64,000 nucleotides of DNA, from IMG/VR virus record IMGVR_UViG_3300010163_000002, positions 1-64,000 of that record; one strand, 5' to 3'. A model generated the notes under the pieces. That model ran no database searches. It saw only the letters and a program-made list of their open reading frames with translations, and was not told the origin of the DNA. This document shows positions 39,246-47,854 of the stretch, in pieces; within the stretch, counting starts at the first letter, position 1; every line of letters starts with the position of its first letter. This DNA comes from a virus (taxonomy: Duplodnaviria; Caudoviricetes). A program made the position numbers and the translations under genes.

Positions 39246-40076
39246 ATGGATAATAAACCAATTGGAAATATTATTCTTGAAGGGGCCACTACAGTAGAGG
39301 ACTCTATTATCACTAATGGTTCCGGTAAAAGAGTACTTGCTGAAGGAACCCTCCAAGATATGGATGTAGAAAACAGAAATCGCAGAATTTATGCAAAAAA
39401 AGATTTGGTACCAGAAATTAATGGGCCAAGAATGACTGAGCTTATCAAAGCCAGACAATTCTGTGGAGAGTACGGGCACCCACTATCAGATGATCTTGTA
39501 AGACAGCAGACAATTGATCCTAAGCTTGTATGTGTAAGATTTGAAAAGGTATGGGTTGAAGATAATCTTGTTAAAGCTCAGTTTAGAGGAACAAACAATG
39601 ACTACGGATCATACTTTGATGCGGATTTACGTGAAGGATGCAAACCAGCATTTTCTCTTAGAGCACTCGGCGCAATTGAAAACGTTAATGGAAAAGCATA
39701 TGTAAAAGGAATTAAAATTATTACATGGGATAGCGTAATATACCCATCTCATAAAGTTGCTTATACATCTAATATTGTAACAGAATCAACTATGGATGGT
39801 AAACCATTATACGAAAATCAGATTGTTGTTCCTGTAGATGATCCTGGCACAATTATTACATTGAGAGAATCTGATGCTCGTACAGTGCTTTCTAGATTAC
39901 AAAGAGAATCTGCAAATCTTGATACCATCTTAAATACATTTGATGGGATCTATGATAAAATTTCTCAGGTTAATGAAAGTACAATTATGCTTACTAATAG
40001 AATGGGCGGTAAAATATATGTAAATCTTGAAGATCATGTGCAGAATCTCATAATGGATTATGTGACAAAATTGTAA
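39246..40076 (+). CDS. prohead maturation protease (T4 gp21-like)
   Basis: NRNRRIY, GEYGHP, FSLRALG and ITWD.V..PS motifs. Confidence 0.9.
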   Translation: MDNKPIGNIILEGATTVEDSIITNGSGKRVLAEGTLQDMDVENRNRRIYAKKDLVPEINGPRMTELIKARQFCGEYGHPLSDDLVRQQTIDPKLVCVRFEKVWVEDNLVKAQFRGTNNDYGSYFDADLREGCKPAFSLRALGAIENVNGKAYVKGIKIITWDSVIYPSHKVAYTSNIVTESTMDGKPLYENQIVVPVDDPGTIITLRESDARTVLSRLQRESANLDTILNTFDGIYDKISQVNESTIMLTNRMGGKIYVNLEDHVQNLIMDYVTKL

Positions 40077-40084
40077 AAAAAATA

Positions 40085-40110
40085 AACCAGAGGGAGCAAT
40101 CCCTCTGGTT
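40085..40110. terminator. bidirectional terminator
   Basis: AACCAGAGGGA-GCAA-TCCCTCTGGTT; the core is identical to the hairpin near 43560. Confidence 0.8.
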
Positions 40111-40113
40111 GCA

Positions 40114-40893
40114 CTATTTGCGAACTGGCGTACATAATATTTTTGCTGGTGTAATCTCCATGTTTATGGTCATATATTTATCAGTATTTATTTCTAATGA
40201 TGTATCACAAGACATATCTTTTGTATATTTCAAAAAGAATGCATTTATATACTTAATATCTGTAAATACATTATCTTTGAATAACCAAATTTCGTCGCCA
40301 TTAAGCACCATCAGCATATCAATAGAATTACTTATAGTACGCTGTAATATATCATACAATTCCTTGCGCTCATTAAGATTTAAATATACTAGATTTATTA
40401 AAATTGACCATATATGCTCAATTATTGTTGCTCTTCTGTATCGGCTTCTATATCTTTCTAGTTTTCTAACCATTTCCATACAATATTCAGCCGTTAAGCA
40501 ATATCCTCCGGTCAATGACATTATTTCGTTTTGATGATTAGCCATATATAGTTTAGCCTCTATTTCGCAAGCGCTTTCAATTTGAGCACGATACAGTTCA
40601 TCTTCCATCATTCTATTATAGTCTATTAATTGATCTGTATGATATAATTCATGAATTACTGCTTCTACAGTAAATAGTATTACATCTACAATATTATCAT
40701 AGAAATCTATCATACACTGTGGATTAAGTATGACTTTATTAGGAGATTTTGACCATCCACCTGCAAGGCATTGTGGTTGTTTTAACCAATTAATATCTAA
40801 TACTGCTGGTTGATTAATTATATTAATCTTACCATTATAATAATTGAATACGGTTTTGATATATGCCGTATAAGCATCTCTATCTATTGCCAT
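40114..40893 (-). CDS. zincin-like HExxH protein (paralog A)
   Basis: IHELYH.DQ and IESAC motifs. Confidence 0.7.
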   Translation of the reverse strand: MAIDRDAYTAYIKTVFNYYNGKINIINQPAVLDINWLKQPQCLAGGWSKSPNKVILNPQCMIDFYDNIVDVILFTVEAVIHELYHTDQLIDYNRMMEDELYRAQIESACEIEAKLYMANHQNEIMSLTGGYCLTAEYCMEMVRKLERYRSRYRRATIIEHIWSILINLVYLNLNERKELYDILQRTISNSIDMLMVLNGDEIWLFKDNVFTDIKYINAFFLKYTKDMSCDTSLEINTDKYMTINMEITPAKILCTPVRK

Positions 40894-41645
40894 AATAATT
40901 CCTCCTAATTATCAATTATACTGCACATTCTATTCATTGGCACTGCCTCTATGTCAATAATTAATGTATCGCCATCATACTTCATGCTAAAATTATTACG
41001 TTGTATGATATCGCATGAATACTTACCAATGAATGGATTGAATAGCGATGGTTCTAATAATCTACCGCCCCTACAAATTGTTAAACGCTCATCATTAATT
41101 TTCAATACTATATCAGTCTCCCTAGAAACAGATTCAGAAATTGAATTAATTACATGCATGATGATGTCTGGTGGAAAACACGCCACATTATCTATACTAA
41201 GTATTATATGATCAAGAATAGTTCTTCTTTCATATCTAGGATTAAATTTATCCCAATATGAAATTATTTCATTATAATCTATTTTTGTAATGTCAACCCC
41301 TGTAAGCATAGATACTTCATTTTGATGATCTGCTATATAAAGCATGGTTTCCATATTGCATGCAGATTCTATTTTATTTTTGTATACTTCATCTACATGC
41401 ATAATACGATAATCTACTACCTGATCTGTATGATACAATTCATGAATTATAACCTCAACAGTATTTACTTTAATAACATCCCAGTCATAATTATTAAATG
41501 TAATTATAACATCAGGATTTATTTTTACAATGTTAGGAAGATGGGACCATCCACCTGCAAGGCATTGTGGTTGTTTTAACCAATTAATATCTAATACTGC
41601 TGGTTGATTAATTATATTAATCTTACCATTATAATAATTGAATAC
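40751..41645. repeat. 101 bp perfect direct repeat (40751-40851 and 41545-41645)
   Basis: Direct comparison inside otherwise diverged paralogs. Confidence 0.92.
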
Positions 41646-41681
41646 CATGTGTATAAATTCTGTATATTCATCCCTGGTCAT
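40905..41681 (-). CDS. zincin-like HExxH protein (paralog B)
   Basis: IHELYH.DQ; AGGAGG SD before ATG 41681. Confidence 0.7.
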   Translation of the reverse strand: MTRDEYTEFIHMVFNYYNGKINIINQPAVLDINWLKQPQCLAGGWSHLPNIVKINPDVIITFNNYDWDVIKVNTVEVIIHELYHTDQVVDYRIMHVDEVYKNKIESACNMETMLYIADHQNEVSMLTGVDITKIDYNEIISYWDKFNPRYERRTILDHIILSIDNVACFPPDIIMHVINSISESVSRETDIVLKINDERLTICRGGRLLEPSLFNPFIGKYSCDIIQRNNFSMKYDGDTLIIDIEAVPMNRMCSIIDN

Positions 41682-42174
41682 CTTTTGCCTCCTTGATGGG
41701 ACTTTTATTAGTATCTCTACGCATTGTAAATTCGCCATTCTGCTTAAATATGAAATAGTAATCAGCATCATTTATAGGTTCTTTTGCTTTATCTTCCACT
41801 TCAATTATAAATGCAGTTAGTTTTCTACGATACAATGGTGGCATTCTAGCATCAGAAGTGAATGCTTTTATTTCAGCCCACGTCATACTATTAGACCCAT
41901 CTTTAATAAATCTTTTATTTTCAAATGGTTTTAATTCATGGTAAACACCATGTATATCTATTTCATGAATTATTCCAGAACAGCGACCAGATAAATACTC
42001 TATATTTACAAGCCCATCGCTAATTCCTATTACCTTATATGCAGCATCAATTCTAAAATCAAAATATGTTTTACCAACTATATATTTTTTAGTGTTATAA
42101 TCCAATCTATATGGTACAAGTTTATTATACATTATTACATCACTGATTGATTTGCAATAATACATTATTTTCAC
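41668..42174 (-). CDS. hypothetical protein
   Basis: 168 aa ORF, overlap-coupled to its neighbours. Confidence 0.65.
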   Translation of the reverse strand: MKIMYYCKSISDVIMYNKLVPYRLDYNTKKYIVGKTYFDFRIDAAYKVIGISDGLVNIEYLSGRCSGIIHEIDIHGVYHELKPFENKRFIKDGSNSMTWAEIKAFTSDARMPPLYRRKLTAFIIEVEDKAKEPINDADYYFIFKQNGEFTMRRDTNKSPIKEAKDDQG

Positions 42175-42434
42175 TCCTCTATCATATTTCTGTATAAATC
42201 ATCTAAAATATTTAAGGCCTTTTGTAAATCGTTGACATTCATGCTTGATAATTCAGGGTCACGATTAGTAATTATATTGTATATATTATCTCTCCACTCA
42301 GTTGCTAAGTTGCTATTAAGATAATGATATTTTCTAATTCCTAATAATCTGCATCTATTTTTAGCATCCGTATAAGCTAATATAAAAATATAAGCATCAG
42401 CTTCTGATTTAAAATAGTTAAAAAATGTATCCAT
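42171..42434 (-). CDS. hypothetical protein
   Basis: 87 aa ORF with AAGGAG SD. Confidence 0.65.
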   Translation of the reverse strand: MDTFFNYFKSEADAYIFILAYTDAKNRCRLLGIRKYHYLNSNLATEWRDNIYNIITNRDPELSSMNVNDLQKALNILDDLYRNMIEE

Positions 42435-42447
42435 AATTCCATTCTCC

Positions 42448-42654
42448 TTATTTTATTCCTAAAATTTCTTTTGCCGACATGTGTTCAAGTTCATATAACT
42501 TTTTGCAAGATATATAATTAGCTACAAATTCCAACAAGCAATCTGCTGGAATAACAAATTTTTTCTTTTGATCCTTGCTTCTGATAGTAACATCTCCCGA
42601 CATATCAGAATGATAATTGAATAGGGTTCCTTTGTTCGAAATATAAGTACGCAT
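42448..42654 (-). CDS. hypothetical protein
   Basis: AGGAGG SD before ATG 42654; early motif upstream. Confidence 0.65.
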   Translation of the reverse strand: MRTYISNKGTLFNYHSDMSGDVTIRSKDQKKKFVIPADCLLEFVANYISCKKLYELEHMSAKEILGIK

Positions 42655-42752
42655 ATAAATATCCTCCTTAAATTTTTTATTCATCATTATAATATACAAA
42701 TATAAATGTATTTTATATCATGGACAAATAAATAAAAACGGAGGTGAATAAT

Positions 42753-43553
42753 ATGGCAGGAACGTTGACACCAACATCGCCCCATTCTATTATACGCCCA
42801 GGAAATAGAATGACTGAGTTGGTTAATAAAATAGAACGTCGTCTTGGATTATCTGTATTACCATTGCCGGATGCTATAGCAAAAGACACATGGCATACTG
42901 TAATCGAGGAAGACACTATTCCTACATTTAGTAGATATTTTCCATACAAAATAACTATCATAGTGGATAATACATGCGAAAAAGATGGATTCTTTTTCAT
43001 AGATAAAGATCTACCAGAAGGAACTAAAATTCTTGGTGTAAAAGATGTAGACTGGCAGGCTTACAGATGTGATCCAAGGTTTGACAGATATGGAATAAAC
43101 TTTTCTACATATGACTTCATTAGTAGAGAATATGGCATTGATGATGTTGCGTTTACTCAAATGAGCGCAGATTTCATGAGCTTATTTAATCTTGGTATTT
43201 ATATTGAATTTGAATACCCTAATAAAGTAAAACTTGTATCTGTAAATGGCTCCCCAGTTTCAAGATATAGACCATTTCCATTACAGATATTTATAGAACA
43301 TCCACCAAATTTAATGACTATTAGTCCGACAATGATGGAAACATTTGAAAAGCTTGCAATGTGCGACATTGCAACTATGATTTATCAGCAACTTAAATAC
43401 TACGATGGAACAGAAACAGTATTTGCTAATCTTGATCTTAAGCTTGATGATTTAAGATCGTGGCAAGATAAGCGTGAAGATTTAGTAAGGGAGCTTGACG
43501 AAGCTCATACTTCAACTGCAAATGAATACGCTAATCTTATTATGACAGTATAA
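42753..43553 (+). CDS. probable neck/head-tail adaptor protein (T4 gp13-like)
   Basis: L..KIERRLG...... pattern; late-type promoter at 42723-42734. Confidence 0.5.
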   Translation: MAGTLTPTSPHSIIRPGNRMTELVNKIERRLGLSVLPLPDAIAKDTWHTVIEEDTIPTFSRYFPYKITIIVDNTCEKDGFFFIDKDLPEGTKILGVKDVDWQAYRCDPRFDRYGINFSTYDFISREYGIDDVAFTQMSADFMSLFNLGIYIEFEYPNKVKLVSVNGSPVSRYRPFPLQIFIEHPPNLMTISPTMMETFEKLAMCDIATMIYQQLKYYDGTETVFANLDLKLDDLRSWQDKREDLVRELDEAHTSTANEYANLIMTV

Positions 43554-43556
43554 AAA

Positions 43557-43588
43557 ATATTACAGAGGGAGCAATCCCTCTGTAATAT
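43557..43588. terminator. bidirectional terminator
   Basis: ATATTACAGAGGGA-GCAA-TCCCTCTGTAATAT. Confidence 0.8.
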
Positions 43589-44323
43589 TTATTCATCTCT
43601 ATTCACAGCATTAGCTATATCAAAGAATGATCTTTTATTTCTATTGTATGTATAATTACTTGTATTTTCCATTGTGTTCATATCGAATAAATTTGTACCA
43701 TAACTTGGTCTACCAATATAGTTTAACATATTTTGAGCTAACTGATACATATTGCATGTGCTTAACATTTGATACAAAGAGAATATAATATTAGAAGGCA
43801 TGAAAAACATAGATGAATCATTATTCATGTATACATTAATACCAACAATATCATATCCGGTGCTATAATCAACTGCTGGTTCAAACTCTATATACTGATC
43901 AAATTGTAATTGTACTTTAATTGGATCTGGTCTATTTACCACAACAATTCTTCCATCTTGTCTTTTTGCAAATATCTTGTTCACACCATCTTCTCCAGCC
44001 ATCCATTTCATTACTCTCTTTAGATTAAATATTATAAAATATATATCTGCATGAAATAATTTTACATATGTTTTAAGATCATTGCGAGATACATCTATAG
44101 AAAAGTAATATGAAAAATTTCTTGCTATTTTTACCCGGCTATACTTATCTTTATCAGTATACAAATACTCTTTATGGTAATTTTCTTTTGCAGTACTATT
44201 TTTATTAATTTTTCTTACATAAAAAAGATCTACATTGAATTTTAATGATACTCCATTTCCAAGCCACATGACTATATCTGATATTCTATCATAATCATTA
44301 TGAACTAAACACATCTCTTTCAT
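43589..44323 (-). CDS. hypothetical protein
   Basis: About 245 aa; TACT-TTATAG-TA motif upstream. Confidence 0.7.
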   Translation of the reverse strand: MKEMCLVHNDYDRISDIVMWLGNGVSLKFNVDLFYVRKINKNSTAKENYHKEYLYTDKDKYSRVKIARNFSYYFSIDVSRNDLKTYVKLFHADIYFIIFNLKRVMKWMAGEDGVNKIFAKRQDGRIVVVNRPDPIKVQLQFDQYIEFEPAVDYSTGYDIVGINVYMNNDSSMFFMPSNIIFSLYQMLSTCNMYQLAQNMLNYIGRPSYGTNLFDMNTMENTSNYTYNRNKRSFFDIANAVNRDE

Positions 44324-44443
44324 TGTATTTATCCTCGCCAATATTTTTAATTACTATAAAGTAAATAAAAAAATTATAATGTATTTTAAAGCCATGAGGA
44401 GTCCTACCGGGCTCCTCATAAACTTTTAGTGTGGGCGCACTAA

Positions 44444-45673
44444 TTATTTCCCTGTAAGTTTTGCCTTAAAAATGTGTAACGGATATGATACACATCCACA
44501 ATTAGGATCAACTACAGGAATATTGCCATATAATACCATTATAACGAACTTTTTATCATTACATGGCATTGTAAACGCCAGGTTATATTTTGCTAACAGC
44601 TCAGGCACATCAATGTATTCATTAATATTAACCTGAGTCAGGAACGGATTATTAGCTCGCTGTTTGCAATCCAACTCCTTCATTTTCTTCTTCAAGAGCG
44701 GATTATTCAACAGATCAAACAGCGGATATGTCGGAAGACCCTGAATAAGCTTGAAGTGCTTGTCAACTTCCTCTATCATCTGCTGATCTGTCAAACCACA
44801 CGTTTCATGCGGCAGTTTATGGACATGCTGCTGTACAGGTTGACTGCTATTATTGATAACCTGCTGAACAGTAGACATTCCGGGAACCACCTGCGCATTC
44901 GGCGTATTCTGCCTTATGAAATTACCAATATTAAATCCATTGGCAATGCTGTAGGCAGCCTGCTGCTGAGGAACTTCAGTCTTTTTAGACTTACTATCAT
45001 TTACAGAGGCAGGTGGTTTAGGAAGTTGTTTTGTACTGGTCTTTGCAGATGTTTTATTATCTGCTTTATCAGCATCTTTCGCCTCATCATTAATACCCTT
45101 AACGCACCCAGCCGTTGTACAAAGTAGATCCGTGAGAGCATTAACCTCATCGATCTCGTCCTGGGTCATTTTACAAGGGTCAAGGCTTTCAATTTCCGAC
45201 GCAAGCTTTTTAGCCTCTGATGCAATTGAGTTCAAATAGTTTTCACTATTTAAAATCAATTTTTTGAGATCAATTTTAACCAAGTCTTCAACCTTGGCTT
45301 TGATCTCATCGATTTTTGTAGATATCTTTTGATCAGCCTCAGATTCTACTGCAGCAGATTTCAATTTCGCATCAAGCTTATCGTCAAAGAATCTTCTAAT
45401 AAGTTTATCTGCGTCCATGCCAAATTTATCGTTCTGCTCTCTGTTGATAAGCATGGAGCCGAGAAGTTTGTGGTTCTCAAACTCCTTGCCAACCAAATCA
45501 ACAAGATGCTCATATGCATCTGTTAACTTAGCAATGCTGTCAGCGGCATTAATCTGATCAATTACTCTCTGCCGCTTTTCGTCTACGGGATATAATATAG
45601 AATCAATTGAATCCCAGATAAAGATCCAATCCTCTCCTCTGTTCTTTAATTCTGTTAATGTTTTAGCCTTCAT
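44444..45673 (-). CDS. hypothetical coiled-coil protein, probably highly expressed early
   Basis: AAGGAGG SD; elevated GC; own terminator. Confidence 0.7.
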   Translation of the reverse strand: MKAKTLTELKNRGEDWIFIWDSIDSILYPVDEKRQRVIDQINAADSIAKLTDAYEHLVDLVGKEFENHKLLGSMLINREQNDKFGMDADKLIRRFFDDKLDAKLKSAAVESEADQKISTKIDEIKAKVEDLVKIDLKKLILNSENYLNSIASEAKKLASEIESLDPCKMTQDEIDEVNALTDLLCTTAGCVKGINDEAKDADKADNKTSAKTSTKQLPKPPASVNDSKSKKTEVPQQQAAYSIANGFNIGNFIRQNTPNAQVVPGMSTVQQVINNSSQPVQQHVHKLPHETCGLTDQQMIEEVDKHFKLIQGLPTYPLFDLLNNPLLKKKMKELDCKQRANNPFLTQVNINEYIDVPELLAKYNLAFTMPCNDKKFVIMVLYGNIPVVDPNCGCVSYPLHIFKAKLTGK

Positions 45674-45817
45674 AGCAAGGCCTCCTTTCTTTATTATAAT
45701 AAATATGTGCGCCCACCGAGAATATTTTCTTATCCTCAATCATAAATATATTATGCAACCAAAAAACTAATTGTTTACAGTATTATTACGGATAGGGAAT
45801 TAACCCTATCCGCATAT

Positions 45818-47335
45818 TCAATCATTATATACTACACTGCACATTACCTTATGAGTATTATATTTTTCCACAACCATATTATATCTTCTATCTATTTCAT
45901 CATCACTCATCCACACATCCTTACAAGATTTAGCATATACAGATAATATAGGTTTCTTTGTCTCATAATATCTCTTTGTAAAGAAAAATCCATGATCAAC
46001 TAAATCTATATACAGCCCTTCCTCTCTTGGTCTACCAAGGGTTTGTCTTGTTAGCACTTCAGATCTAAATGGTTCTGCTAGATTAACAACTACTTTAAGA
46101 TGTTTTATATCAGATGCAGTTCCAGAAGATTTAGTAGTACTAAGAATAATCTTATTATGAAGATTTAAATTTCTAAGCTCTTTCTTTATAGCGCTAGTGT
46201 AAATTCCCATATTGTTTTCAAGAAACGGTAATTGAGATATTAGATAATCATAAACATCAGCAATGCCTGAGTTAGTGCCAATGTAAATGATACATTTACC
46301 ATTCATATTGACTATCATATCTAATATTACCACTGCAAGCTTAAGAAAGTTTGGCCTAGCAACCAAATAATTAGTATATTTATTACGATTGAAACCATAC
46401 TGATTCTTGCAAGCTCTTATATCCATTGGAGATGGATGGGAATTAAAATGTATTGCCCAATAAGTAACATGAGGATCGGTATTCTCATCAAATAATGATA
46501 TTGATGGAATATTCTTAAAATACATTTGATATATTTGGTTTTCGTCTTTAGAAGATCTTGCCGGTGTTGCTGTTAAATATAAAGTCTTTTTTGTATTAGA
46601 GTGATAATCTATTTTACTCATATTATCAAAATACAAATGAGCTTCATCAAACACTTTCATATATATCTGCATATATTTGAATAGCTCATCTACTTTATAC
46701 CAACCGTACTTATCGCCATATGATCTTATTGTAGCATGAGATGCTAAAAATATTTGATATTGCAGTGGGTCTCTATTCAATAATTTATGAATACTAGAAG
46801 ATCCAGAAATCATATACAATTTATTTTCATGCAATGGAGTATACTCTAATATGCGAGCTTTCCATTGATTTAACCACTCAATAGAATTAGTAATTATTAC
46901 GGCTCTAGCCCCGGTAAAACATATTGATGCTACCGTGACAAAAGTTTTACCACTGCCAGTGGCAGAATTGCATGATAATTGAGATTTGGATTTGGTATAA
47001 TAATAATTATCTTTACCAAGAATGAATTTAAGTATCTCTGATTGTCTATCATCCTTTGTTAAATATTTAATACCTATAGGATCAGTATTTACGTATGGAT
47101 CTGATACTTTATCTACATACGGTTCGCACATAAATGTATTTTTTAAATAATTTATATCAAATCCTCTTGGTATAATAAGTTTTTTATTTTCTTCATCATA
47201 TTCTATTGCCTTAAAGAATGATTGATGATACGTTGGGTTCCATACAGAGAATAAATATTCTAATCTTGGAGCGTCCCCCATTTCATAATTATTTATTTCT
47301 ATTCTAGAATGTTTTAATACTATCTTCTTATCCAT
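45818..47335 (-). CDS. UvsW-like SF2 DNA helicase
   Basis: ATGSGKT, FDEAH, LTATP and QTLGR motifs. Confidence 0.88.
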   Translation of the reverse strand: MDKKIVLKHSRIEINNYEMGDAPRLEYLFSVWNPTYHQSFFKAIEYDEENKKLIIPRGFDINYLKNTFMCEPYVDKVSDPYVNTDPIGIKYLTKDDRQSEILKFILGKDNYYYTKSKSQLSCNSATGSGKTFVTVASICFTGARAVIITNSIEWLNQWKARILEYTPLHENKLYMISGSSSIHKLLNRDPLQYQIFLASHATIRSYGDKYGWYKVDELFKYMQIYMKVFDEAHLYFDNMSKIDYHSNTKKTLYLTATPARSSKDENQIYQMYFKNIPSISLFDENTDPHVTYWAIHFNSHPSPMDIRACKNQYGFNRNKYTNYLVARPNFLKLAVVILDMIVNMNGKCIIYIGTNSGIADVYDYLISQLPFLENNMGIYTSAIKKELRNLNLHNKIILSTTKSSGTASDIKHLKVVVNLAEPFRSEVLTRQTLGRPREEGLYIDLVDHGFFFTKRYYETKKPILSVYAKSCKDVWMSDDEIDRRYNMVVEKYNTHKVMCSVVYND

Positions 47336-47380
47336 AATTGCACCTCAAAAAATAATCTAGTATTATTTTAACATTGTTAT

Positions 47381-47475
47381 AATGTGGTACTAAAAGTGCT
47401 GGTGCTACATTCCTCCAAGTTTTTCTATATACGCTGATGGCCCGTAGGGAGAAATCCCTACGGGCTAGCTTTTAT
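47381..47475 (+). ncRNA. candidate small RNA with exposed anti-SD motif (UCCUCC)
   Basis: AACA TTGTTA TA promoter at 47370-47381; 11-bp hairpin with three G.U pairs valid only on the plus strand; GAAA-loop terminator with U tail on plus; both flanking genes are on minus. Confidence 0.6.
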
Positions 47476-47853
47476 TTATAGCACTACTGTATTTGCCGGC
47501 ATAAATGACAATCTTACTGTGGATTGTCTATAATGCTTTTTAAATATACCAGCATGATATTTTATTACATTCTGCCATTCATCTATACTAAGATTAGCGT
47601 CATAACATTTAGCGTATGATGCCTGAAGAACAAATACTACTTCGCCATTTTTAGGGCAGCCCCATTGTTCCTTATAAGTTGTTCTTCCAGGAGTAATAAG
47701 CCATGTCACATAAGTATTTGTACTGGCATCTATTTCGTCTTCTATGATTTTAATCTCTTTGCAGAAATCTTCTATTGTGGTAATAACGTTTTTATGAAAA
47801 TAATCGCTGTTAATACCCAACGTAATCTGAGCTATACATTCATTATAATTCAT
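47476..47853 (-). CDS. hypothetical protein
   Basis: 125 aa ORF; T.Y...WGCP..GE. Confidence 0.65.
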   Translation of the reverse strand: MNYNECIAQITLGINSDYFHKNVITTIEDFCKEIKIIEDEIDASTNTYVTWLITPGRTTYKEQWGCPKNGEVVFVLQASYAKCYDANLSIDEWQNVIKYHAGIFKKHYRQSTVRLSFMPANTVVL

Positions 47854-47854
47854 A

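Noticed and set aside
47400-47420. Minus-strand GGAGG-A-ATG-TAG start-stop element
   Set aside because: One-base SD spacing is implausible, and the wobble pairs and terminator polarity favour the plus-strand RNA.
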